From contig NW_024704742.1 of the NCBI RefSeq assembly GCF_018977255.1, positions 58,964,001-59,028,000 on the forward strand: 64,000 nt of DNA, given 5' to 3'. Positions 52,425 through 64,000 of this stretch are shown here, piece by piece; positions within the stretch are counted from its first letter, which is position 1; every line of letters begins with the position of its first letter. The translations under genes and the position numbers were made by a program. The notes below the pieces were generated by a model that had not been told where the DNA came from, did no database searches, and saw nothing but the letters and a program-made list of their open reading frames with translations. The stretch comes from Callorhinchus milii (lineage: Eukaryota).

Positions 52425-53978
52425 AACCTCTCCCTGTCAACTGGCACCGTTCCCACCCCTCTAAAAATGGCCGTCATCACTCCTCCACTTAAAAAAGCCT
52501 CTCTTGACCCATCACTGCTCTTAAACTACCGCACTATCTCCAACCTCCCTTTCCTCTTCAGGGTCCTGGAACGAGTCATTGCTTCCCAGCTTCGCTCCTT
52601 CCTCTCCCGCCACTCCCTTCGTAAACGCCTCCAATCGGGTTTCTGTGCCACCCACAGCACAGAAACAGCCCTGGTCAAAGTGACAAATAACATATAGTCC
52701 ATCTGCGACTAGGGCTCCCTCTGCCTCCTCATCTTCCTTGACCTTTCTGCTGCCTTCGATACCGTTGATTACGCTATCCTCCTCCACCGCTTCTTCTCTC
52801 ACCTCAACCTTCATGGTTCTATCCTTGAATGGTTCAGATCCTACCACTCACACCGTTTCCACTTTATCTCCACAAATGGCTTCTCCTCTAGCCCCCACAC
52901 CATCTTGTGCGGCGTTCCTCAGGGCTCTGTCCTTGGACCCTCCTTTTCAATATTCATATGCTCCTTCTTAGTGACATCATCCACAAACATGAAGTCCATT
53001 TCCACATGTATGTGGATGACACGCAACTCTATCTCTCTGCCTACATCCATCGACTCCAGGACCACTGCTGTCCTGACAGAATGTCTGTCAGACACAAAGT
53101 CCTGGATGAAAGCTAACTTTCTACAGTTGAAAGTCAACAAGACTGAGGCTCTCCTGATTGGCTCCAGTCAGTGCCTCTACATTTCAGGCATTTCTGCATC
53201 ACCATCCAAGAGTGCATACTCCACTTTATTAAGCCAATCCGGAACCTTGGCGTCTTGTTTGACAACTATTCTTTCCACCCCACATCCATGCTATGTCTCA
53301 CTCTGCTTCCCCCACCTCCACAACATTGCCTGGCTCCGCCACTGTCTCACACCGCAGTCCGCCGAGACCATCAAACATACATTCATAACAACCAGGCTCT
53401 ACTATGCAAACCTAGCTTGTCGGCTTCCCCAAATCTTTCCTCCATAGGCTGCAGATCATCCAAAACTCTGCAGGCCATGTCCTCTCCTGCACCAGACTCC
53501 GTGACCCTATCACCCCCATCTCTGCCTGACTCCACTGGCTTCCCATCACACAGAGTATACTGTTCAAGATCCTGGTCCTCACCTTTAAAACCCCCCATGG
53601 CCTTAGTCCCCCCTACCTCTGAGACATCCTAACCCCTCTACCAACTTGCCTGCTCCCTCCGCTCAGCGGGCTCCATCCTGCTTCATGTCCTCCGCCTCGC
53701 CCGTCCCACCATTGGTGGGCGGGCCTTCTGCCACTCTGCCCCCACCCTCTGGAACTCCATCCTGTTGTCCTCCACTTCCCTCTCTCCTTTGCCTCCTTCA
53801 AGACCCTTCTCAAGACCCTTCTCTTAAACCATGCCTTCGATCACCCTCCTTCCCCCCTTGCCCTCCACCCTCCCCAATCCCGACCCCCAGCTCAGTTCCG
53901 AAATACTGATTTTCCAGCACCTTGGGACGTCTTCCTGACATGAAAGGTGCTGTACAAATGTAATTTGTTGTTGTTGTC
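52425..53978 (+). mobile_element. L2 LINE 3' portion (RT to tail, subfamily A)
   Basis: [45 protein letters not shown]; (TTG)n tail. Confidence 0.95.
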
Positions 53979-54550
53979 GGGGCAGCAATAAATAAGGCAA
54001 ACAGGATGATAGGCTACACTGCCAACTAAGTTAAGTTCAGGTCTCCAGAAGTCATATTCAAGCTACCTAATGCTCTGGTCAGGCTACACCTGGAATACTG
54101 CATGCATTATTCGTTGCTGTGACATAAGAGTCTGCCCCGGCCCTAGGAGCAGTACAGAGGACAGCAAAGAGGACAATCCTCAATGTAAGATAAATGATCT
54201 ATGAGCAATGATGTCCATTCTTGAAAGGAGATGATCAAGAGGGGACTTTAAGGAAGTGTGTCAAATTTTAATTGGGTTTGAAAAGGTAAAATCAGAACTA
54301 TACTTTCACAAAGAGAGTAGAGCAAGGGGAAAACAGGTTTAGAGTTGCAAAGGATTTCAGGACAGATACCAGGAAATAAGAGGTTATCTGGAAGAGTGGT
54401 TCAGGCTTGGACAATGGACAAAAAAACTGGTCATTTAAACAAAATCGCTTGGTTCTTTGATGGGAAATTAGCAGGATAGAGATTATGGAGGTGTAAGATC
54501 AAAGGACAAAGGCCTCTTTAGTTCTTTATCCAAACTAATGCTGTGATCTT
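53979..54550 (+). mobile_element. Old CR1 3' fragment
   Basis: AAINKANRMIGY and ALVRLHLEYC remnants. Confidence 0.7.
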
Positions 54551-55719
54551 CTAATTTCTGTTCTTTCAGTACAGTTAATGCCTGTTATGTCTATCATTTT
54601 TAAAACTTAGTTCAATCTTGCCGATAAAATGATCAAAATGAATTTGTGCAAAAAAGCAATGCACGATGGAGCAGACAGGCATTAAATCAAATTTGTCAGC
54701 CGTAATTCGATTTCCATCAACAACAGTTTCATTTTAATATCTGTGTGCAGCATGCAGTCCCATGCAAGGCTGAATGGGTTAATGTAAAGTGAAAAAAGAG
54801 GTGATGTCTGTGTACTGTGGATGCATCTGTATTTGAATAACCTTAACAAAACAAATAGTCCCATCGTTGTGACCCAGATAACCATGTTAAAAATGGAATG
54901 ACTTCCTAATTTTAATGACAGGTAATTATTTAATCTGCCGAAAGCATACTGAATAAATGCACCCGCTCCATGACGATTATGCATTTGTAAATCAGAAGCT
55001 AAAAGGCACTGGTGGAAGAGGTAATTTTTTAAAAATACATTGAGCAGTCTCTTTTGCATGGAGCATTAATCCTGATTAAGTTTTGAACTGCACAGAGTGG
55101 TAATGAGGTATTAAAATGTTACACAAGTGTTTTACTGTCAGGATATTATGACAATCACAGTGAGTAAGTTGGTACACTATAGTTGCCCTTGTTGTCCTTG
55201 AACACAATTACTGAAGAACATGAAAATAAAATCAATGATTTACCAGAGTTGTTGGGACCTAAAGCATAGATGCACTTACTCAGAAAGAAATCAAGTTAAT
55301 TTGGATCGATGCCGCAAGAAGGAACTTGCAATGGTTTCAGAAAGAAATGCCTTCACAACTATATTTTCTGTTCATTTACAGGAAGGTAAATTCAGTTGAG
55401 ATGTTAAAAAAACTGGGGACCAATAAATGCAGTTTCTGAAGGTTATCGTGAATGAGTCTCATCCAATTTGAATTCAGACTCTGGGTAATCAGCTTTTTTT
55501 CAAACTTCTTTGCACCATACATCTTCCAAATAATTTCATAACCAAGCTCACATATCATTTTAATTATGATGGATAGTTTGTCACTCTTTGGAGTTTTGTA
55601 GTATATCAACACAATAGTTTTCTCCATGTGTTACTTTTTGTTAGGAAAAAATAAAAAAGGCACACTGGCATTGCTAAAACTAATTCCAGTTCAAAATTAT
55701 CCTAAATTATGATCCTGGG

Positions 55720-55917
55720 CTGTGAAGGGAGTTTCTTTCTCCTAGTGTCCTGGGCAACATCCCCCAGATAAAATTGGTCATTCGATTCACAGCTGTTTGT
55801 GGGACTTTGCTGTGTGCTTTCATCAACAAAGTAGACAATCGCTATACTTTACAGTGAAACTTGTGAAGTACTGATGACGTGAAAAGTATTTTGTCAAATG
55901 CATGGATTATTATTATT
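55720..55917 (+). mobile_element. Deu-domain SINE fragment
   Basis: GTGTCCTGG..AATTGGTCATT..GTTTGTGGGAC plus tail. Confidence 0.78.
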
Positions 55918-56059
55918 TGATATATTGCCTATTAGATCTCTAAGCTTTTCTTTACAGTGTTGTAATTATGTATTAAGAGTCAAACACAGCAACTAATTTC
56001 ATACATAATCAGCCTTGAAGTAACTGATGAATTTTATCTGCAAGATTATTGTCCATGAC

Positions 56060-56270
56060 TCTCTTTTCAAACAGCACCTTTAATCTTTAATGTCCACCTG
56101 AACAGGAAGACAGGATCTTGGTTCAACATTTCATTTGAAGGAAGGCACTTGTGACAATGCAGCACTTCCCCAGCATTACACTGATATATCAGCCTGGACT
56201 CAAGGTTAAAACATGGGATTTGAACAATGATATTCATACCCAGAGACAAGAGTGGTACCAATTGAGTCAA
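56060..56270 (-). mobile_element. Old DeuSINE 5' part
   Basis: ATCTTTAATGTCCACCTGAACAGG and GACAATGCAGCACT. Confidence 0.72.
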
Positions 56271-57169
56271 GTTGATATCTTCTTCTGAATCAAAATCCTC
56301 TTGATTAATGAAGACCTACAGTGATAGTATTAGAATGAGTATTAATATTAACCTCAGAAAAGCACCTCACCTCACAAGATCATAAAATGAGTTTGGATGA
56401 AGAAGTCCTTTGGTCCATCAGATCTCATCCTGTGGAAGGTTGGAATGCTATTGAGCATCACTGTGCCTCATTTACTTAAAATCAGAGGAAATTGTTGGGG
56501 CAAGAGTACCCGAAAGTGCTCTGTTTCAAATCCATACCAAACCCACATAAGACTAAAGAGCATTGCGATATGTAGGACTGGAAAAATACCAGAAAAATAT
56601 CTCAGGACAAAGTCTTAAAATTTCTAACTGATGCTGCAATCTGTAAGCCACTAGTCAAATACATGATGGAGGTTCATGGTTATTGGCGATGAGAACAATC
56701 AGGGAGGGGGAATGACTGTCTTTGGTTTATCTGATTACATTCCTAATCATTAGATTACAAATTTCTAAATCTGATCCACATGTTAAACCCCTCAATTGAG
56801 ACTCAAGTTATCTGTATCCTTTAGGATCTCAAATGAGATCTCCTTGAGTCTTCCCTTTCACCGGTGATAACATTTCCAGATTCTGTAACCTATCCTCACA
56901 ATTCATAACTGAAGTGCCTAATTCTAGCCAATTTAATTGTCCTTTGCTGTATCATTTTGAATGCCACAATTTGTTTACTGAAATAGAGCACCAAAATTGT
57001 ACATAGTTTTCCACATGGAAGCAGATCAGTACTCTTTATGAGATCACTAATTATTTAATAATAAATTGTGGCCTTTTTCTTTGGTGACCAGAGCCTAAAA
57101 AATTAGGTTAAGGTGTTTGTTCAAACCCATTTTGTGCAGGATTTTTACAGCCAAATGAGAACATGAAGA

Positions 57170-57470
57170 GATTGCTTGCATATTAATATAGCACCCTTGC
57201 ATCAAGACATCACAAACTGCTTCATAGGATTTTATTGCAAAGTGTAGTAACTGTATAAAATCACACTTCCATTCCATACTCAAACCACACCACCGGCAAG
57301 CACTGCAAAATGTTCCTCATATGCAAGGCGCTATATAAATGCAAGTTGTTATTGTATATATGTAGATACGTGTGGCAGGCAATTTGCACACAGCAATGTC
57401 TTGCAAATAGCCATTAAGTGAATGACCAATTTATCTGGGTGATCATTGATCAGGACACTGGGAGAAACTC
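57170..57470 (-). mobile_element. DeuSINE remnant with a short opposite-strand L2 tail inserted (about 57258-57352)
   Basis: SINE motifs on both sides of GGCGCTATATAAATGCAAGTTGTT; TGTATA on both flanks. Confidence 0.65.
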
Positions 57471-57959
57471 ACAATTTAGCATCTTCTGCCCAAACAAATA
57501 TTATTATGACTCTAGAGTAAGAATATTCTGCTTAAGTGGAACTTAACATGCACAAATGGTTCAGAACACAAGATATATAACTTCATATGTTGCTTGAAAA
57601 TGTATGTACAGCAGAGAAAAACTCATTAAGGCAATTTAGTCTAATTCACTCAAGTTAACTGATTATTTCTGAAAAGTGGAGAAATGATGGCACCATATTG
57701 CTATCCTTCTGCCATTTTGCATAGAAATTAGACATTTTTAGTGGTCACTTGGAGCAATTATGGCTGAAAACCGTTGGATCTTACCTTATAAAAGTAAAGT
57801 TTTATATTTTTAATTGTCATCTGTCCATTCATTTTATATGTATTTTCGCATACTTTTAATCAGCATTTCAAATTTAAAACAGAGCAATTTACTGCTGTTC
57901 TTAAAGGGATTAGAATCCCTGTCAAGATCTTTGGGATCTCCAGTACAACTTTCAATGGG

Positions 57960-58199
57960 AAGCTATCTAATTTTAGCTGGTTCCCCAAGCCTTCTCTCTT
58001 GCCAACCTGAGCCCTAATGCTCTCTACAATTTAGTAATCAGGATACATCTCTCCAGGAAGAGAGTGTACATGACATTCCAGGCGCAGGGAAATTTCTATG
58101 TGTAAATGAATACATATGTGAAACTCTCATCTGGTTTGGATACTCTTATGCATGGTAATGGGTTTCCACGTGTGTCATAATCCCGGCTGACCAAAAAAA
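57960..58199. repeat. Family X copy D
   Basis: TTTTAGCTGGTT, TTTCTATGTGTA, TGGTTTGGATACTCTTA, GCTGACC-A7. Confidence 0.82.
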
Positions 58200-59579
58200 T
58201 GTCTGGATGTGTATCAAAACAGAGCGGAATTTCCACAGGTCAGCATGACACACTTCTGGTTACCAGAAGAATCCCCATTATGGATTCCATAATATGAAAT
58301 ACGGTAACAAAATATCACAAATTAGACCCATATGGAGCCTTTCACAGATGGATAATGCTGCATGTCAACAATCATTTGTTGATGAAATGTTATAAAGAGT
58401 TTGCTCAAGCTGTAATTTCCATGGGGGTTCCATGGATTCCTGTTATCTTTACAGTAGCGTAATGAATGCCCTTGCAGTGTTCAAACTGCTGAGATTTCTA
58501 CTGTACTGGTACCTTTTCTGTCCAATTGAAAGCAGCAGCCTGCTAGCCACTCATCCATGAAACAGGATCCCACCAAGGCAATTTTTTAAATATATATTTG
58601 TATATTTTTCATTACAATTTTCAAATAGAAAATGTGAAAGAACAATGGTAGAATGTTGTAAAATACATTTTATGTAATACATCAGATGCCTGAAATAATT
58701 TCTTGGGCTAAAGCATAAAAAGTCACGTAACCCCGAAACCTACCTGAATCATTTCAAATTTATAATAATTATAAGAATAATCCTTGTATTTGAAATAGCA
58801 CGTTATCATGTTGTCACATGTCTGTGTGTGCTTCACAAGATATTTTGTAAGTGTATGTGGTAGCCAATGTTTGCACAGCAACAATAACTTAGATTTATCT
58901 AGTGTCCTTTGCGTGGGGTAGCATGTTTGAGTACTTACTGTTTCACAAACAGCTATAATAATATAAACTCCTGCACGATTAACAAAACATAAATTTAAAA
59001 AGCCAAAAGTCAGAATATAGAATTCTCAGGAATGTAAATGAGCTGAGAACATTTGTAATCTGTCTGTCTGTCTGTCTAAACTAATGCAATTGTTTTTAAA
59101 TGTTCTCATTTCATTTTGTGCTGGAGTGTTGGTCTGAGATGATGTCTTTTTTACTATGACTGAGAACTCATTTTACCTTCAAAGTGTGTCATTTGTCTTG
59201 TTCTTATTTTGTCCATAACTTGTTTTAAATCTGTTCATTTAAGTATCACTCTAATAATAGAGTAATATAATGGATCAGCATCATAGAATGTCAATGGGGT
59301 TAAAAACTATTGAAATCATTAGTTCCTAAATTAATATTCAACAATCTGGTCTGAAGTAGCCATCCAAAAAGAGAGTGACTGCATAGAATGGCATAATAGT
59401 CCCCTCTCTGTTGTTCTGATTCACATCTTTTTCAATGACAAATATCCTTAAACAGGGAATGGGGGTATCCAGCAAAATCCCCAAGTAGCTTCCTTTTGCT
59501 GTTGCTGTCCCTTTTTGTTCAATGTCAATTACTCCCATCTTCACCAGTTGTGTACAGAGTCCTTAATCTGTCTGTAATC

Positions 59580-59883
59580 CATACTTTGGATGAAAAGTTA
59601 AACCAAGGTCCCGTTTGCCTATTTAAGTGGATGCTAAAGAACCCTTGGCACTTTTTGAAAAGAGAACGGAGTTTCTCCTAGTCTTCTGACCAATAAATCC
59701 ACCAAATAAAATTGGTCACTCACTCCATGGCTGTTTGTGGGGCATTACTGTGCGCAAACTGACTGCTGCGTTTCGCTCACAAAATACAGTCAATTAATGT
59801 TAAAATATATCCTGTGAAGGGCTTTGAGCCGTCTCAATGATATGATAAGGCGCTATATCAAATGCAAGGATTATTATTATTAT
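59580..59883 (+). mobile_element. DeuSINE, Deu domain through tail
   Basis: GATGAAAAGTTAAACCAAGGTCCCGT body; tail GGCGCTATATCAAATGCAAGG(ATT)n. Confidence 0.85.
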
Positions 59884-60444
59884 TTGACTTGTCCTGAACT
59901 TTAAAACTCTTCTCACCTGGCAGATAAGTAACATCCAAAACAATATCAATTTGGACTTAAATAGTGCCTTTGAAGCTTTTAGTAAAATAAAAACTTCAAT
60001 TGAATTAGAAATTAAGTGAATGTTGTTATATAGGCCAAAGATAAATATTTCCCAATTGGCTCCGATGCTTCACACCAAAGCTGCCAATCAGGTTATTTTT
60101 ATTTATAATTTTAAAAATCCTTTGATTTGCTATTGTGCTTACTTTTTTTTACAAGAGATCTACATAAAGTGTAGTTACTGTGTATTTGTAGGCAAATATG
60201 GCAGCCAGTGTTCACAGAGTAGAGTCCTGCAAACAGCCATGAAGTGAATGACCTATTTCATCTGGAGGATTGTTGTGCAGGATACTGGGAGAAAAGGTTT
60301 CCTGGATCTTTTCTCCTGGTTTCCTGGGGAAAAAGGATTCCCTTTCCTTTTCAAATAGTACCATGGGATACTTAACTTCCAACTTAACTAGCATCAATTT
60401 CTTTTCAAATATAAATTTAAATATAAATATAAATTCAAATATGT

Positions 60445-60768
60445 GGAGTCCTGTAGCTCAGTGGTTAGAGCACTCGCTTTGCAAGTGAGAGACCTGAGTT
60501 CAATTCCAGGCAGAGGGCCAAACCTTGGGCAAGTTTCCTTACTCCACACGCCTAATAATAATCCCTCCAAAAAACCAAAAAACAATAATTAAATTGGTCA
60601 TTTTCAATCTACGACTGTTTGTGGGACATTGCTGTGCACAATTGGCTGCCCCGTTCGCCCACAAATATACAGTCAATTCGCTTTACAGTGTGTTCTGTGA
60701 AGCGCTTTGGGACGTCCTCCCGACGTGAAAAGCGCTATATCAAATGCAAGGATTATTATTATTATTAT
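60445..60768 (+). mobile_element. Young full-length tRNA-derived SINE, preceded by an older minus-strand DeuSINE (about 60140-60390)
   Basis: A and B boxes and (ATT)n tail. Confidence 0.96.
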
Positions 60769-62049
60769 AAATGGCTAACTATCTGTTTGGGAACATTACT
60801 AATGGATGTACAGATAGGTCCAAACTGAGATGTACAATGTCTACATCAAACATAATGGTTTGCTTACTTGTCTGGAGAAGGGGTGAGGGTATGGATTTTG
60901 TGTGGCGAGAAGGAGGTGAGGCTTAAATAGTGAAGGTTGAGGGGGATGTCTGAAGATTTTTGCTTCATCTGGTTTAGGGATCAGAAAGTGCCTTTAAACT
61001 GCTTTACCCAATGAGATAGAGTGGGCGAGGTGAAATCTACAGAGCAAGGGTTTTTCGTGGTACGTGGATGGATTTGTTTGATGGGCCTTTAACCCATTAC
61101 GCTATTTACTTGCCTTTATTCGTCCATTCAAGTAGATTTCATGACATGATCATTCCTTTTCTGATGGAGAGTCACATTCAAAGCAATGAACTAATCTTCC
61201 TTTGAATTTCCAGCACTCGTTTCATGACAAATTTCTTGCGTTTGCACAATTTATTTTCTTATCTCTAATTTGGATGTAGTATTCTATATCAGCTCATGTA
61301 AACTCCTCTACTGTCATTTGGTCAGCAAATGTAATAGTAGATAGAAGTATAGCTCACTTTGCTTTTGATAAGATAGAGAATAAATTTACTTGGAACTTAT
61401 TAACGGTGATATTTTATTATAAAAAATGCAACCTCCCATGGTAAGCAAATATTCTCTCCAACCAATTGTTTCTATTCATCAAACACTGTCAAAAATAAGG
61501 GGATTGAATAAATGCCTGTACAAATGTTTAATTTAAACTACCATTTTCATCAACATGGTAGATGTTTTCTCTTTGGCATTCACTGTATAAACCAGAAGCA
61601 ACTAAAATGCCACAATTGTGGGACAATTTATTTTCACAATTGCTCATTAGAACCTGATGAAACTCCATGCTAAATAAGCTAAATATTTAAGGCAAACAAA
61701 ATCTTATGAAAAAAAGCTGACATCAGTCATGAAGCACTGCCTGGAGGTAATGTGATGCTGGCTAAGTTCCCTTTGGTTCACCAGGTGTCAAGCCCTGCAC
61801 ACTGTAATCTATGTTTAAACATTGTGTAATGCTCTTTGTATGTACATCATTACTCTGGTGTAGTGGAACTGTAGCCTGTGAGAATTATTGCTTGAGATAT
61901 CTGAAGGAATTTACTGGATTTCCTGTTCAAACAAAGGACACATATGCCTTTGTCAAAGTCAGATTTTACATGCTTTAATGTGTTATGTGGACACATTAGA
62001 GATTCCTGGAGTTGTCATTGACTGTGCCGTGTCTGATTATGAAGAAAAG

Positions 62050-62250
62050 GATCATGGAAATGACAGCACAGAGAGAGGCCATTTGGTCCATCTGCCCTGT
62101 GCTGCTATTGGTTCCTCCACTGGGGCTATATTCCCCAATCCCAATTTTCCATTTTTTTCTTGTGACTAACTTATACTCTTCCTCCTCAAATACGTACCCA
62201 GTGTGGAATGAGAAGTCATTTGGCGCATTAAGTGTTTTCTTTCAACACAT
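62050..62250 (-). mobile_element. Degenerate CR1 3' end
   Basis: ATCATGGAA..CAGCACAGAGAGAGGCCATTTGGTCCAT. Confidence 0.65.
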
Positions 62251-64000
62251 AATGTGACATTGGCTTTAACACACTTTGATAATATACACTTACAATGGCA
62301 TATTCCCAAAAAACAATACTCTGTGAATGCAGTGTATTTATTGGCTTGCAAGGCAATATGCAATGCAAAATTACAATGCAAAATTATATTTGTAAAGCGC
62401 CTTTCACATCAGGAGGATGTCCCAAGATATCCCAATATAATACAATAAGCTTTCACATCAGGAGGGCTTCACCATCAGCAAGAACAACTTGCTTTACCAT
62501 CAATGTCGTCCAACGTATTTGATTCCTTGAAGTATGGAAATATTATCCAAGAAAATGAAGCTTTATTACATTTCTCTCTCTGAGATCCCCAAGGTCATCT
62601 AATTTACAATCTACATTTTCAGCCCTCACCACATGCATTCCATATATAAGACTGCCATATTCACAGCACTTAGAAGGCCCCTTGGCTCCTAAATGCCTAT
62701 TCTCCGTCAATTGATGTCTGAACAGCTACTTCATACAATCTGTTGTTATTCAAACAAAACAGAAACTCAGCAGACTCTTTGCTCCAAGCTGGCTCTGACA
62801 GTATCCACGCAGGGGCCAAGTTTATAGACTGGACAGTGAAAGTTGTTCACAATTGCCAGATGTCAACTGTATGCCAACAGGCACAAATTCAATGAAAATT
62901 CACACACTTGTTCATGTTGTATTGACTGAGGCAGTATCAGTGCATTTAATCAAGTTGCATTTGGCACAACCACCACTGAAAGCTCTGAAGTATATTTGCA
63001 AGTGGTGTATTTGAAGTGAATTTGTTTTTTACATTTTACTCTAGAAGAGATAAGTGGGATTTCCATGTTGTGTAATTGCAGTGAAACGCTGGGAAAGATA
63101 TATAGGGTGCAGGTTCACCAGGCACTTCAGTGCAAGTAAAAGTATGTTGCTTTAATAGTTGTCTTTGATGCTGTTAAGCTATTGTCTTATTTGTTGGAAC
63201 TATTTCTGTTTTGCTTGCAGAATACACAGTCACTACACATACAATAGAGTTAAGCGTATGATAAAGCGCTTCACAGGATATAGTGCGAAAGACACTATAT
63301 CAAATACATGGATTATACTATTCTATTAATTTTTTTCTTTACCAATCAACGACAACAATTTACATGCCACTCAAAGACATAACCGATGCTTTGTGGCGGC
63401 TGTAAATGTTGCATTTAATACATTGTTGCAATCAGTAGCAGAAAACTATATTTTACACCCGCTTCTTTGCATGAGATTGTGAAAGAACATTTCAGAAAAT
63501 ATAATCTAGGCACAATGCATGGGAAGAAGGTGACAGATTATAAAGGACAAGAATGAGTTATCAGTGTGAAAGATTATTGGAATTAAACCCATTATTTAAG
63601 ATTATGCTCTTGCTGATTCATGGATTATAAACATCCTTAACATTTCAGTCTGTCTGAAAATTAAGGCAACCTGTTACTAATACAGCACTTAACATCCAAA
63701 CATTAAATTTAAATCAAACAAATTCAGTATTTAAAAATCGGCTGCAGTTTTTTTACTCCTGTAAGATGGAAGGCTTTTAGTTATCAATCTGTCAATGCAA
63801 GAATTAATAATATATTAACAACCCCTAAACTCAATGAAAATAAAAGCTGGTAGCCTTATTGAATGTGCCACTGTCTCTGTTGGCCTGAATGATGTGGCAA
63901 GTTATGATTCGGTTTTCTACTGCCCAAATAACATGATTGGAGGGGAGGAGTGAAATAAAATGTTGAAGACCTTTCATTTCATTTCAATCCGGTTACAGAT

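Noticed and set aside
1..64000. CRISPR array, operon or endogenous viral gene
   Set aside because: No regularly spaced repeat-spacer array, no long non-TE ORF and no viral motifs were seen.

Overview
This is a repeat-rich, AT-leaning stretch of vertebrate genomic DNA that looks intronic or intergenic. The repeat inventory points to a cartilaginous fish, plausibly a holocephalan such as the elephant shark (inference): tRNA-headed SINEs with Deu-domain sequence and L2-type tails, many L2 and CR1 LINE fragments, one Penelope piece and one Tx1/L1 piece. I could not recognise any intact host protein-coding gene. Every ORF with a recognisable product is a broken retrotransposon ORF. No prokaryote-type system (CRISPR, operon) is present. 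The best-supported observations are: nested insertions with readable target-site duplications (TSDs); a Tx1-clade insertion with a 15-bp TSD and a hairpin-rich 3' UTR; an unclassified four-copy repeat family sharing one terminus; several palindromic elements in unique DNA; and a few promoter-, enhancer- or exon-like segments that need expression or conservation data. Boundaries of old repeats are approximate, read by eye.
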